Shown: positions 18,127 through 26,969, numbered from the stretch's first letter. The stretch: DNA of 41,402 nucleotides from Candidatus Limnocylindrales bacterium (GCA_046595595.1 JBKJOK010000345.1:1-41402); one strand, 5' to 3'. The notes: a model not told the origin generated them from the letters alone. Translations and numbers: made by a program.

Positions 18127-18441
18127 ATGGAACGGGTGGGCTTCACGATGCGCCTGCGGCCCGGGGCCGAGGCGGAGTACCGGCGCCGCCACGCGGCGGT
18201 CTGGCCGGACATGCTCGACGCGCTCCGGACGGCCGGCGCCCGCGACTACTCGATCTTCCTCGACGGGGACCGGCTGTTCGCCTGCCTCGACGTCGAGGAC
18301 TTCGACGCCTTCCGCATGGCGATGGCCGCAACCGAGGTCAACGATCGCTGGCAGGCTGAGATGGCCGGGCTGATCGATCCGCTCACGGACCCAGCGACCG
18401 GATTCCACCGGCGACTCGAGGAGATCTTCCACCTCGACTGA
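18127..18441 (+). CDS. rhaM: L-rhamnose mutarotase
   Basis: EYRRRHAAVWP, DYSIFL, RWQAEM and EEIFHLD motifs. GGAGG RBS. Confidence 0.93.
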   Translation: MERVGFTMRLRPGAEAEYRRRHAAVWPDMLDALRTAGARDYSIFLDGDRLFACLDVEDFDAFRMAMAATEVNDRWQAEMAGLIDPLTDPATGFHRRLEEIFHLD

Positions 18442-18506
18442 GGCCGTGACGTCCGCGCACCCACAGGCTCTTGCCATGGGGGATCGCGCCGGCGCATCAT
18501 ACGGCC

Positions 18507-18713
18507 ATGGTCGAGTACGGCAACGGGGTTGGGACGGCGACCGGGGTCGCCGGCGGTGGTTCTGGCGGTGGTGGCCAGATGGACGCGGGGGTCGCCCTCG
18601 GGCAGTTCGTCGACAACGCCGCGTACACGATCTCGACGATGCCGCCGATGCAGATCGCGCTGCTCGTCGTGATCGTCATCGTGGGGTTCGTGATCTTCAA
18701 GCGCGCTTTCTGA
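18507..18713 (+). CDS. Small hypothetical protein (Gly-rich N-terminus, C-terminal TM helix)
   Basis: MVEYGNGVG...IALLVVIVIVGFVIFKRAF with high GC3 codon bias. TTGCCA-18-CATCAT promoter lies 6 nt upstream. Confidence 0.7.
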   Translation: MVEYGNGVGTATGVAGGGSGGGGQMDAGVALGQFVDNAAYTISTMPPMQIALLVVIVIVGFVIFKRAF

Positions 18714-19218
18714 GCGTCCGCTCGCCCGCGCCGGGTCGGCCCGGGGTCGGTTTCTGGAAGTGGACCAGGTCCGTGCCGAGGTGCGGTTCGCGACGCGTCT
18801 CGCGATAACCGTAGCGCTCGTACATCGCGATGTTCGCCGTGTAGCGCTCGTTCGTGAGCAGGCCGAGCTCGGGCAGGCCCCGGCGGCGGGCCTCGTCGTC
18901 GGCGAAGGCAAGCAGTCGCCGGCCCAGTCCCCTGCCCTGCCACGCGGGCTCGACCGCGACGTTGTCTATCCAGAGACGGGCGGGGCGCTCGATCAGCTCG
19001 AGGACGGCGGCGAGGACACCGCCGGGCGTCTCGAGCACCCAGACCTCGTGGTCGCGGACCGCGGCGTCGTAGTCGGTGAGCATCGGCATCGGGGTCCGAC
19101 CGAGGAGCGGCTCATAGTGGGCGTAGGCGGCATGGACGAGTTGGCGGACCGCGTCAGCGTCGGCCGCGAAGGCACGGCGCATCAGTAACTCCGGTTGCGC
19201 AGGACGGTCGTCAGGCAT
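18697..19218 (-). CDS. GNAT-family N-acetyltransferase
   Basis: IDNVAVEPAWQGRGLGRRLL motif A and LLTNE...NIAMYERYGY. Start overlaps the upstream stop. Confidence 0.88.
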   Translation of the reverse strand: MPDDRPAQPELLMRRAFAADADAVRQLVHAAYAHYEPLLGRTPMPMLTDYDAAVRDHEVWVLETPGGVLAAVLELIERPARLWIDNVAVEPAWQGRGLGRRLLAFADDEARRRGLPELGLLTNERYTANIAMYERYGYRETRREPHLGTDLVHFQKPTPGRPGAGERTLRKRA

Positions 19219-20239
19219 GGAATGCCTCCAGCGCTGCCCGCTCGTCCTCGATCGAGTCCCGATCGCGGGCCGCGATCGACTCGTACTCCTCGATCTCGAT
19301 CCGACCCTCGCGCCACGACCAGGCCGCGACCACCCGGCCGTCCACAAGGACCGTCCCGACGGAGAACGGGTTCTTCGTGGTGAAGACCCGCGGCCGGTGT
19401 TCCTCAGGCAGGATCCCGGTTCGCCGGGCATGCACCAGGAGCGTCGCCTCCCAGTGGGGCAGGAACCGGACCGGCGCCGGGGTGTCGGCGTCGGGTAACG
19501 GAGCACCCGGCAGGTCGAGCAGCTCGCGACCGCCCTCGTCTCGGAAGCGAACCAGGTCGAGGCGTTCGCCACCACGCCGGGCAGCCGTGATCGAGATGCC
19601 GGCCCACGAGGCGATGTCCTTCCATGCGGCTGGCCCGAAGCCGCGCAGATAGGCCCGCACGAGGTGGCCCAGGCCCTCCTCCTCGGTCGCGTCCTCCGGA
19701 CCGACCCACGTCTCTGCGAGGCCCAGGCGATCCGCCCGGCGACGCTCCCACGTACCCGACGGGGGGACGCGGACGAGATCGACCCATAGCCCGGCATTGC
19801 CCAGGAACCCGGTCACGAGCCCGTCGAGCTCCTTGACCGTCTTCGGACCGTCCGCAAGGGCGGCCCGAGTCTGGTCGGCCGCCTCGATCATCGCCGCCTC
19901 GTCGCCGCGGCCGGGGATTCGGAGGGCCCACGTCCGGCGCGCCTTGCGCACGCCCAGGGCATAGCGCCAGAACTCGCGCCGCGAGACCATGTGGATCGTC
20001 GTTCGGAGGAGCGTCGCCTGGATGATCGTGCGCTCGTCGAGGGCAGCGGTCATGTCGTCGCGCCGGAAGCCGGCGAGCCGCGTCCACAGCCCCACGTAGC
20101 CGGACGGCGCGTACTGCGTCTGGAGTCCGCCGACCAGCTCGATCGCCGCCTCGATCGACAGGGGCGACCGCTCGAGGAGCAACTGACGGGCGAGGAGCGC
20201 ACGGTTCAGGCGGCGCGGGCTGAGGGTGGGCTCGGTCAC
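19211..20239 (-). CDS. HTH_42 winged-helix DNA glycosylase (AlkZ/YcaQ family)
   Basis: LNRALLARQLL, GLQTQ (QxQ catalytic motif), GLWTRL, LRTTIH, YLRGFGPA, PVRFLPHWE and VLVDGRVVAAW motifs. Confidence 0.85.
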   Translation of the reverse strand: MTEPTLSPRRLNRALLARQLLLERSPLSIEAAIELVGGLQTQYAPSGYVGLWTRLAGFRRDDMTAALDERTIIQATLLRTTIHMVSRREFWRYALGVRKARRTWALRIPGRGDEAAMIEAADQTRAALADGPKTVKELDGLVTGFLGNAGLWVDLVRVPPSGTWERRRADRLGLAETWVGPEDATEEEGLGHLVRAYLRGFGPAAWKDIASWAGISITAARRGGERLDLVRFRDEGGRELLDLPGAPLPDADTPAPVRFLPHWEATLLVHARRTGILPEEHRPRVFTTKNPFSVGTVLVDGRVVAAWSWREGRIEIEEYESIAARDRDSIEDERAALEAFHA

Positions 20240-20290
20240 CGGGTCATTCTGCCCGGCCCCGCGGCCGGTCGGAGGCGGTACGCTCCGGGG

Positions 20291-21055
20291 GTGACCGACA
20301 CGACCTTCTCGATCGCCGGCCAGGTGGCCCTCATCACGGGCGCGACCGGCGGAATCGGCGCGGACCTGGCGGCGGCGTTCGCGACCGCCGGAGCGCGCGT
20401 CGCGGTTGCCGGCCGCCGGACCGACGCCGCCGAGAGGATCGCCGCCCGGATCCGGGATGGCGGCGGGGACGCCCGGGCGATCGAGCTGGATCTCACGACG
20501 GTCACGTCGATCGAGCGCGGCGTCGCGGCCACGATCGACGCCTTCAGCCGGCTCGACATCCTCGTCAACAACGCCGGGCTCGGCACGAATCACGACGCGA
20601 TCGACGCGACCGAGGAGGAGTGGGACGAGCTCTTCGCGGTGAACGTCCGAGGGCTTTTCTTCGCCTCGCAGGCGGCCGCCCGGCGGATGCTCCCGCAGGG
20701 CTCGGGCCGGATCATCAACATGGCCTCCCAGGCCGGCCTGGTCGGCATCCGCCGTCACGCGGCCTACTCGGCGAGCAAGGCCGCGGTGATCGGGCTGACG
20801 AAGGTCCTCGCGCTGGAGTGGTCGCCGCACGGGGTGACCGTCAACGCCGTCGCTCCGACGTGGACGTACACCCCGGGGACGGCCGAGCGCCTCGACGACC
20901 CGGAGTTCCTCGCTTCGGTCCTGGCCCGGATCCCGGCGGGCCGCGTCGCCACGACCGACGAGATCGCCGCTGCGTTCCTGTACCTCGCCTCACCGGCGGC
21001 GGCGATGGTTACCGGCACGGTCCTGACGATCGACGGAGGCTGGACGGCCCAGTAG
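20291..21055 (+). CDS. SDR-family NAD(P)-dependent oxidoreductase
   Basis: TGATGGIG, NNAG, YSASK, VNAVAP and IDGGW motifs. Confidence 0.93.
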   Translation: MTDTTFSIAGQVALITGATGGIGADLAAAFATAGARVAVAGRRTDAAERIAARIRDGGGDARAIELDLTTVTSIERGVAATIDAFSRLDILVNNAGLGTNHDAIDATEEEWDELFAVNVRGLFFASQAAARRMLPQGSGRIINMASQAGLVGIRRHAAYSASKAAVIGLTKVLALEWSPHGVTVNAVAPTWTYTPGTAERLDDPEFLASVLARIPAGRVATTDEIAAAFLYLASPAAAMVTGTVLTIDGGWTAQ

Positions 21056-21268
21056 GGACGCGCCGTCGGGCATCCCGTCGTCCGGCCCGGCCAGGCCCGC
21101 GATCCGCCCCTCCCGGATCAGCACGGTGAGCGGCTCCACGGATCGCCGCCCGGGCCGGTCGACGACGTGGCCGCCAACGAGTGCGCTGACGCCCGGTTCC
21201 AGCGATCGGTCGGCGAGGAACGCTGGCAGGCGGGCGACATCCACGACCCCATCGGACGGGCGGGTCAC
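21056..21268 (-). pseudogene. Probable 5' remnant of an amidohydrolase-family gene
   Basis: ALVGGHVVDRPGRRSVEPLTVLIREGRIAGL...PDGA resembles the N-terminal beta-sandwich of metal-dependent amidohydrolases. Similarity ends at the SDR stop codon. Confidence 0.5.
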
Positions 21269-21383
21269 CCGGTGCATCCAGTCGATTGCCCGGCCGTTGG
21301 TCAGGCGAATTCGGGAGCTATGGCCCACGTCGGCATGGTGGGCTTCGGCCGATCGTGGACGGGAACGTCAACAAGGAGCCTCC

Positions 21384-22145
21384 ATGTCCAGCCAACCGGC
21401 CCGACCCCTTCGGCGCGAGCGACGAACCGCAACGCTCGCAGCCCGCCGCGAGCAGGGACGAACGCCCGCGAAGCGAAGACGCCGATTCGGGATCGGCGCC
21501 ATGACCGTCGCCTCGCTGATCGCGGGACTGTTGATCGTCGGTGCCGCGCTCGTCATGAACCAGCCCGCGCCGCCGGACCCGACGGTCGTGCGAGCCGCGG
21601 CTCCGGCCGGCGTCGCGACGTCCGGCAGGACGCTCGGCGCCGAGGGCGCGCCCGTCGTCATCGACCTGTACGAGGACTTCCAGTGTCCGGCATGCGCCCG
21701 CTGGGGCGAGAACATCCTCCCGGGCCTCGTCGCGAACGAACTCGCTTCGGGAACGGTCAAGATCGTGTTCAAGGGGTTCGCGTTCCTGGGGCCCGAGTCG
21801 AAGTCGGCTGAGCAGGCCGCCTGGGCAGCCGAGCGGCAGGGCCGGTTCTGGGACATGTGGGCGACGCTGTACGCGAACCAGGGTCTCCGCGAGAATGCCG
21901 GCGCGTTCGAACGGGACCGGCTGATCGCGATGGCCGACGTCCTCGGCCTTGATCCGGTCCGGTTCGTGGCCGATCTTGATGGACCCGACGCGGCCCGGTC
22001 CGTCGCGGACGGCGTTATCGCCGCCGCGGCGGCCGGAGTCGACTCGACACCGTCGCTGATCGTGGCGGGCGTACCGTTCCGCGGATCCACCTATCCGGAG
22101 CTCGCCGCGGCCATCGCGGCTGCCGCCGCCGTCGCCGGCTCGTGA
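21384..22145 (+). CDS. dsbA: Membrane-anchored DsbA-family thiol-disulfide oxidoreductase
   Basis: N-terminal TM helix, YEDFQCPAC and GVDSTP cis-Pro loop. AAGGAG RBS. Confidence 0.88.
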   Translation: MSSQPARPLRRERRTATLAARREQGRTPAKRRRRFGIGAMTVASLIAGLLIVGAALVMNQPAPPDPTVVRAAAPAGVATSGRTLGAEGAPVVIDLYEDFQCPACARWGENILPGLVANELASGTVKIVFKGFAFLGPESKSAEQAAWAAERQGRFWDMWATLYANQGLRENAGAFERDRLIAMADVLGLDPVRFVADLDGPDAARSVADGVIAAAAAGVDSTPSLIVAGVPFRGSTYPELAAAIAAAAAVAGS

Positions 22146-22630
22146 CCGCGCTCGCCGCCGGGTGGCGGACCCTGCGGCGGCTGCACCCGGCGATCGTGCT
22201 CGCGTCGCTCGATCTCGTTGGGCTATTGATCGCCGGCTACCTCTCGTGGGTCGAGCTGCGCGGCGAGTTGCCCGCCTGCGGCCCGCTGAAGGGCTGCGAG
22301 GAGGTTGCCCTGTCGGTCTACAGCCGGATCGGCGGGATTCCGGTGGCCGTGTTCGGGGTCGGGCTGTCGCTGGCCCTGCTCGAACTCGCGATCGCGTGGT
22401 GGCGGACGAACGACGGTCGCCTTCTCGCGGCCCACTACGGCCTGTCGCTGCTCGGCGTCGTATTCGAGGTCTACTTCACGTGGCTCCAGCTGTTCGTGAT
22501 CGGCGCGGTCTGCGTCTGGTGCGCGAGCTACGGGATCAGCCTCGTTGCCCGCTTCCTCGTCGCCCTGTGGGTCTGGCTGCGCCGCGATCGCTACGCGGGT
22601 CCGAGGATCACCCAGCGGACGGAGGCCTGA
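22142..22630 (+). CDS. Vitamin K epoxide reductase (VKOR) family protein
   Basis: Loop C-x5-C (ACGPLKGC), SVYSRIGGIPVA and CVWC active site. GTGA coupling with dsbA. Confidence 0.9.
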   Translation: MTALAAGWRTLRRLHPAIVLASLDLVGLLIAGYLSWVELRGELPACGPLKGCEEVALSVYSRIGGIPVAVFGVGLSLALLELAIAWWRTNDGRLLAAHYGLSLLGVVFEVYFTWLQLFVIGAVCVWCASYGISLVARFLVALWVWLRRDRYAGPRITQRTEA

Positions 22631-22644
22631 CGCCCCGTTGATGC

Positions 22645-22758
22645 GCCGCCGCGTTCAGCGGTGCCAGGGTCTGGGGTCCGTCGGCCCGGTTTGACGGACA
22701 GCGTGTGGGCCGCGAGCACATCGTCACGGATGGGGATGCGGTCGAGATCCTGCGCTGA
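22645..22758 (+). pseudogene. 3' remnant of a TGS-domain (DRG/OBG-type GTPase) gene
   Basis: Manual translation [37 protein letters not shown]. In-frame TGA at 22639-22641 and no start codon. Confidence 0.7.
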
Positions 22759-22799
22759 GCACGGTCCCATCCGGCTACCCTTTGCCGAGGAGGCGAGCA

Positions 22800-23966
22800 A
22801 TGCGGCGGACGATCGGGATCGGCGTGATCGGCATGGGCTGGATGGGCGATGCCCACAGCCGGTCGTACAAGCTCGTCGGCGACCGGTTCCGCGACCGCGA
22901 CGTCGACGCCCGCCTGGTCGCCTGCGCCGACGTCGATCCCGGCCGGGCCGAAGCCGCCCGCGACCGGTTCGGGTACGAGCGCGCGACGACGGACTGGCGC
23001 GATGTCGTCACCGATCCGGCGATCGAGGCGATCAGCATCACCGCGCCGAACGCCGCCCACCTCGAGGTGATCGGTGCTGCGCTGGCCGCAGGCAAGCACA
23101 TCCTGTGCGAGAAGCCGGTCGGGCGGTCGCCCGAGGAGACACTCGAGGCCGCCGCCCTCGGCCGGTCGTCTGGGCTCATCACGTTCGTCGGCTACAACTA
23201 TCGCTGGGCGCCGGTCGTCCAGCGTGCCCGCGATCTGATCTCGGCCGGGGCGATCGGCGAGCTGACCCACTATCGAGGCCGCTTCCTGAACGGCTACGCG
23301 AAGGACCCGAACGGCGTCCTCTCGTGGCGATTCAGCGCGGAGCAGGGTCATGGCACGCTGTCCGATCTGCTCTCGCATGCGATCGACATGGCCCACCTGA
23401 TCGCGGGACCGATCGCCGACGTCGTCGGCAATCGCCGGACGTTCATCGCCTCGCGACCGCTCCCCCGCCCCGGCGGCACCCATTACGACACGGCTTCGCC
23501 CGACGATCCGCGCGGCGACGTGACGAACGAGGACTACGTCGGAGCGCTCGTCCGCTTCCAGGGTGGGGCGCAGGGCACGCTCGAAGCGTGCCGGGTGATC
23601 ACGGGCTCGCAGTGCGACCTCGCGTTCGAGGTCCACGGCACGACCGGCGCGCTGGCCTGGACGTTCGAGCGGATGAACGAGCTGCGCCGGTTCCGGCGCA
23701 ACGACGCGAGCCCGGCAGACGAAGGCTGGACGACCGAGCTGAGTGGACCCGCCCACCCTCGTCACGCCGCCTTCAACCCGGGCTGGGGCGTCGGGCTCGG
23801 GTTCGATGATCTCAAGGTCATCGAGGCCGCCGAATTCCTGACGGCGATCGCGACGAGCCGGCCATCCGCGCCGAGTTTCGAGGACGCCGCCGCCGTCGCC
23901 CGGGTCCAGCAGGCGATCGCGGCCTCGTGGTCCAGCAACGGCTGGGAATCGGTCGGCGGGGCCTGA
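22800..23966 (+). CDS. Gfo/Idh/MocA-family oxidoreductase
   Basis: [21 protein letters not shown] and DLLSHAID motifs. GAGGAGG RBS. Confidence 0.92.
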   Translation: MRRTIGIGVIGMGWMGDAHSRSYKLVGDRFRDRDVDARLVACADVDPGRAEAARDRFGYERATTDWRDVVTDPAIEAISITAPNAAHLEVIGAALAAGKHILCEKPVGRSPEETLEAAALGRSSGLITFVGYNYRWAPVVQRARDLISAGAIGELTHYRGRFLNGYAKDPNGVLSWRFSAEQGHGTLSDLLSHAIDMAHLIAGPIADVVGNRRTFIASRPLPRPGGTHYDTASPDDPRGDVTNEDYVGALVRFQGGAQGTLEACRVITGSQCDLAFEVHGTTGALAWTFERMNELRRFRRNDASPADEGWTTELSGPAHPRHAAFNPGWGVGLGFDDLKVIEAAEFLTAIATSRPSAPSFEDAAAVARVQQAIAASWSSNGWESVGGA

Positions 23967-23969
23967 CCG

Positions 23970-24923
23970 ATGCTGGCGATCCCCGAGCTCGAGGCCGGCG
24001 CCATCCGGGCTGCCCACACCACGATCCACCCCGCGTTCCGCGACAGCCCGCAGTTCGTCCATGAGGTCCTGACGGCGAGGCTTGGGGTCCCGGTCATCGT
24101 CAAGGTCGAGACGATCAACCCGATCCGCTCGTTCAAGGGCCGCGGGACGTGGGTCGCGGTCCAGGCGCTCGCCGACGAGGGCGCGATCTCGCCCGATCGA
24201 GCGGTCGTGTGCGCTTCGGCCGGCAACTTCGGGCAGGGCGTCGCGTTCGCCGCCCGCGCTCGCGGTCTGCCGGCCGTCGTATTCGCATCCGTCAACGCGA
24301 ACCGGGCCAAGATCGCCCGGATGAGGGCGCTCGGTGCGAACGTCATCGAGGTCGGCGACGACTTCGACGCGGCGCGCACTGCTTCCGAGGATCACGCTGC
24401 CGATCGCGGCGCCCATCTGCTCGTCGACGGCGAGGATCCCCGGATCTCGACCGGCGCCGCCACCTTGGCCGTCGAGTTGACCGATGCCGCCGACAGTGGG
24501 GTCATCCCCGCGCCGTCCGTCATCTCGATCCCGGTCGGCAACGGCGCACTGATCAACGGCGTTGGGTCGTGGCTGCGGACCGCGACTCCGGCCTGTCGGG
24601 TCGTCGGCGTCCAGGCCGAAGGCGCGGCGGCGATGACGATGAGTTGGCGGGAGGGCCGCCCGATCGACACAGAGTTCGTCTCGACCTACGCCGACGGGAT
24701 CGCCTCGCGGATCGCGATCCCTGCCGCAGTCGCCCTGATGCCGGGCCGAGTCGACGAGATGCGGATCGTGTCCGACGACGACCTCCGCGCCGCCCAGGCC
24801 GAGTTGACCGAGGAGCTTGGGATCACGGTCGAAGGTGCCGCGGCGGCGTCGTGGGCCGGCCTCCTCGCCGGTCCGCGGCCGGACGGTCCGGCCGTCCTGA
24901 TCGTCACCGGGAGCAACGTCTAG
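23970..24923 (+). CDS. PLP-dependent threonine/serine dehydratase-family enzyme (no regulatory domain)
   Basis: SFKGRG Lys motif, ASAGNFGQG, PVGNGAL and VTGSN motifs. Confidence 0.88.
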   Translation: MLAIPELEAGAIRAAHTTIHPAFRDSPQFVHEVLTARLGVPVIVKVETINPIRSFKGRGTWVAVQALADEGAISPDRAVVCASAGNFGQGVAFAARARGLPAVVFASVNANRAKIARMRALGANVIEVGDDFDAARTASEDHAADRGAHLLVDGEDPRISTGAATLAVELTDAADSGVIPAPSVISIPVGNGALINGVGSWLRTATPACRVVGVQAEGAAAMTMSWREGRPIDTEFVSTYADGIASRIAIPAAVALMPGRVDEMRIVSDDDLRAAQAELTEELGITVEGAAAASWAGLLAGPRPDGPAVLIVTGSNV

Positions 24924-25072
24924 GCTCCTCGGGCGAACCGCCCGGATCGACGGGCGTCGTGAAGGAGTCGCCACACCCTGGCCCGGATCCGGCGGAGCTC
25001 GATCGCGGCGTCCAATGCCGCGTAGCCGGCCCGGGATTGACGCTGTCCGGCGATCGCGGCGACGATGGCGTC

Positions 25073-25279
25073 ATGGATAGCGACGATCAGCTCGATCCGC
25101 GCGAGGCCGAGCGCCTCCGCCGGCGGGACCGCGAGGCCGCGGCGGCCGACCGCAAGCTGATGAAGCCGGGCATGGGCAAGGTGTTCAAGCAGATCCAGGA
25201 TGCCCAGCGCAAGGCGGCCGACGAGACCGTCGTGGCGCCCGGTCGGCGCGTCCGGCGGGGCCCGACTCAACCCCGGTAG
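25073..25279 (+). CDS. Small charged hypothetical protein
   Basis: MDSDDQLDPREAERLRRRDREAAAADRKLMKPGMGKVFKQIQDAQ... with strong codon bias. TTGACG-18-GACGAT lies 6 nt upstream. Confidence 0.6.
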   Translation: MDSDDQLDPREAERLRRRDREAAAADRKLMKPGMGKVFKQIQDAQRKAADETVVAPGRRVRRGPTQPR

Positions 25280-26142
25280 CGCCGGATCCCGTCGAGGACG
25301 ATCGCGTACGTGGCCGGCGTCGCCGGCCGGACGCCGAGCTGGATGTGATCGGCGCCCTCGGCCGCCCAGGTCCGCAGCGCGTCGGCGATCGCGCCCGTGT
25401 CGAGGGGTAGGGCGTTCGGTCCGGGCTCGTCCTCGACCACGTCGACCCCGACCGTGATCCCGATCGAGCGTGGATCCCGGCCGGCGGCTGAACACGCCGC
25501 AAGCAGATCGCGATGGCGGCCTCGGTAGCGCTCGTCCGGGAGGCCGAACCAGGCGGTCTGCCACAGGTCCGCGAGCTCGACCGTGAGGCGGAGCATGCGC
25601 TCGCCCTTGGCCGCGACCAGGATCGGCAGGTCCGGCCGGATCGGGGCCGGCAGGATCGCCGCCTCGCGGACCTGCTGGTACGGACCCTCGTGGGTGATCC
25701 GCTCGCCACGAACGAGCGGGGCGGTGATCCGCAGGGCGTCCTCGAACCGCCCGACCCGATGGTCGAACGGGTGGCCGAACGCGGTGTACTCGGGCTCGTG
25801 CCAGCCGCAGCCCAGGCCGAGGATCAGCCGGCCGCCCGACACCTCGTCGGCCGTGACGGCCATCTTCGCGAGAAGTCCGGCGGGACGGAACGATGTCGAC
25901 AGGACGAGCGTGCCGAGTTCCACCCGGCTCGTCGTCGCGGCGAGCGCGCTGAGCAAGGTCCACGGCTCGACAATCCCGGTCTCGGCGCCGATCGCTGCCC
26001 CGTCCTCGCGATGGAAGAAGTGGTCGATCAGCCACAGGCTGTCGGCGCCGCCGTCCTCCGCCTGGCGGGACAGCGCCGAGATCTCTCGCCAGGTCTCGCC
26101 GCCGTCGGAGGCTGCCTGGGGCAGGAGCAATCCGATCTTCAT
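25267..26142 (-). CDS. LLM-class flavin/F420-dependent oxidoreductase
   Basis: DSLWLIDHF, EPWTLLSALAATTSRVELGTLV and DEVSGGRLILGLGCGW motifs. Confidence 0.92.
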   Translation of the reverse strand: MKIGLLLPQAASDGGETWREISALSRQAEDGGADSLWLIDHFFHREDGAAIGAETGIVEPWTLLSALAATTSRVELGTLVLSTSFRPAGLLAKMAVTADEVSGGRLILGLGCGWHEPEYTAFGHPFDHRVGRFEDALRITAPLVRGERITHEGPYQQVREAAILPAPIRPDLPILVAAKGERMLRLTVELADLWQTAWFGLPDERYRGRHRDLLAACSAAGRDPRSIGITVGVDVVEDEPGPNALPLDTGAIADALRTWAAEGADHIQLGVRPATPATYAIVLDGIRRYRG

Positions 26143-26204
26143 CGCTCGATACTAGGGAACTGATGACGGTGGCGATGAACGACGCATGTGTCGCCCGACC
26201 GACA

Positions 26205-26969
26205 TCAGCCGCGGCGGACCTGGCGCATGCTGAGCACGATCGGACGGCCGGCCCCGTCAACGAGGCGCCAGCGGACGTCGAAGCGGTCGTCGCGGCCATC
26301 CGCGAGGAGCGCGGCTACCTCGGCGGGCGTCGCGTCCGCACCGAGCTCGGCCAGCCGTCGGCCGAGGGCAATCGTCGCCACCGCTGGGACGTCGCCGAGG
26401 AGGTCGCGCCGGGCGACTCCGGCCGCGTCGCCGACGCCGGCCTGCTCGAGCCGGGCGATCAGGCGCCGGGCACGACCCCGCCCGGCGGCGTCGAGGTCGG
26501 CCAGCCAGGCGGGCCCAGCCGGTGCATCGGGCTCGGCACGGTTCGCACGGGTCGCACGTGTCGCCCGCACTGCCGGGATCGGCGCGGTGTCGCCCGCGGC
26601 GGCGGGCCGCACCCCTGCCCCGCCGCGTCCCGTCGCGGCCGTCGCAACCTTGTCGGGCGCCGACGCCGTCTCGGCCGCCGGCCGGCTCTTCCGCTGCGCA
26701 ATCCGCCCGACCAGCGGGGACTCGGCCGGCGCGCTCGTGCGGACGCCGGAGATCGCTGTTTTCGCGTTCGTCAGGCTCGAGTACGGCCCACGGACCAGGG
26801 CCATGCCGAAGTCGTCGGTCTGCTCGGCGTCGACGACCACCCAGGTGCCTGACTGCGGCTCGATCGTGAACCGCTCGTCGCGGGTCTGCCAGCGCCCGCC
26901 GCCGAGCCGCTTCAGCGGTGCGTCGTCGGAATCGTCGGCCGGTCTGGGAGCAGCCTTTGCGCGGGGCAT
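26205..26969 (-). CDS. Hypothetical protein (two domains joined by an Ala/Arg-rich linker)
   Basis: Ordered N-terminal region GGGRWQTRDERFTIEPQSGTWVVVD. Fills the gap between genes. TATCGT lies 6 nt upstream of ATG. Confidence 0.7.
   Translation of the reverse strand: MPRAKAAPRPADDSDDAPLKRLGGGRWQTRDERFTIEPQSGTWVVVDAEQTDDFGMALVRGPYSSLTNAKTAISGVRTSAPAESPLVGRIAQRKSRPAAETASAPDKVATAATGRGGAGVRPAAAGDTAPIPAVRATRATRANRAEPDAPAGPAWLADLDAAGRGRARRLIARLEQAGVGDAAGVARRDLLGDVPAVATIALGRRLAELGADATPAEVAALLADGRDDRFDVRWRLVDGAGRPIVLSMRQVRRG

Noticed and set aside
19211-20830. 539-aa version of the AlkZ-like ORF, and other N-terminally extended calls (4463-5863, 12933-14912, 15603-16979, 19991-21055)
   Set aside because: The extensions overlap neighbouring real genes; shorter starts have coupling, SD or -10 support.
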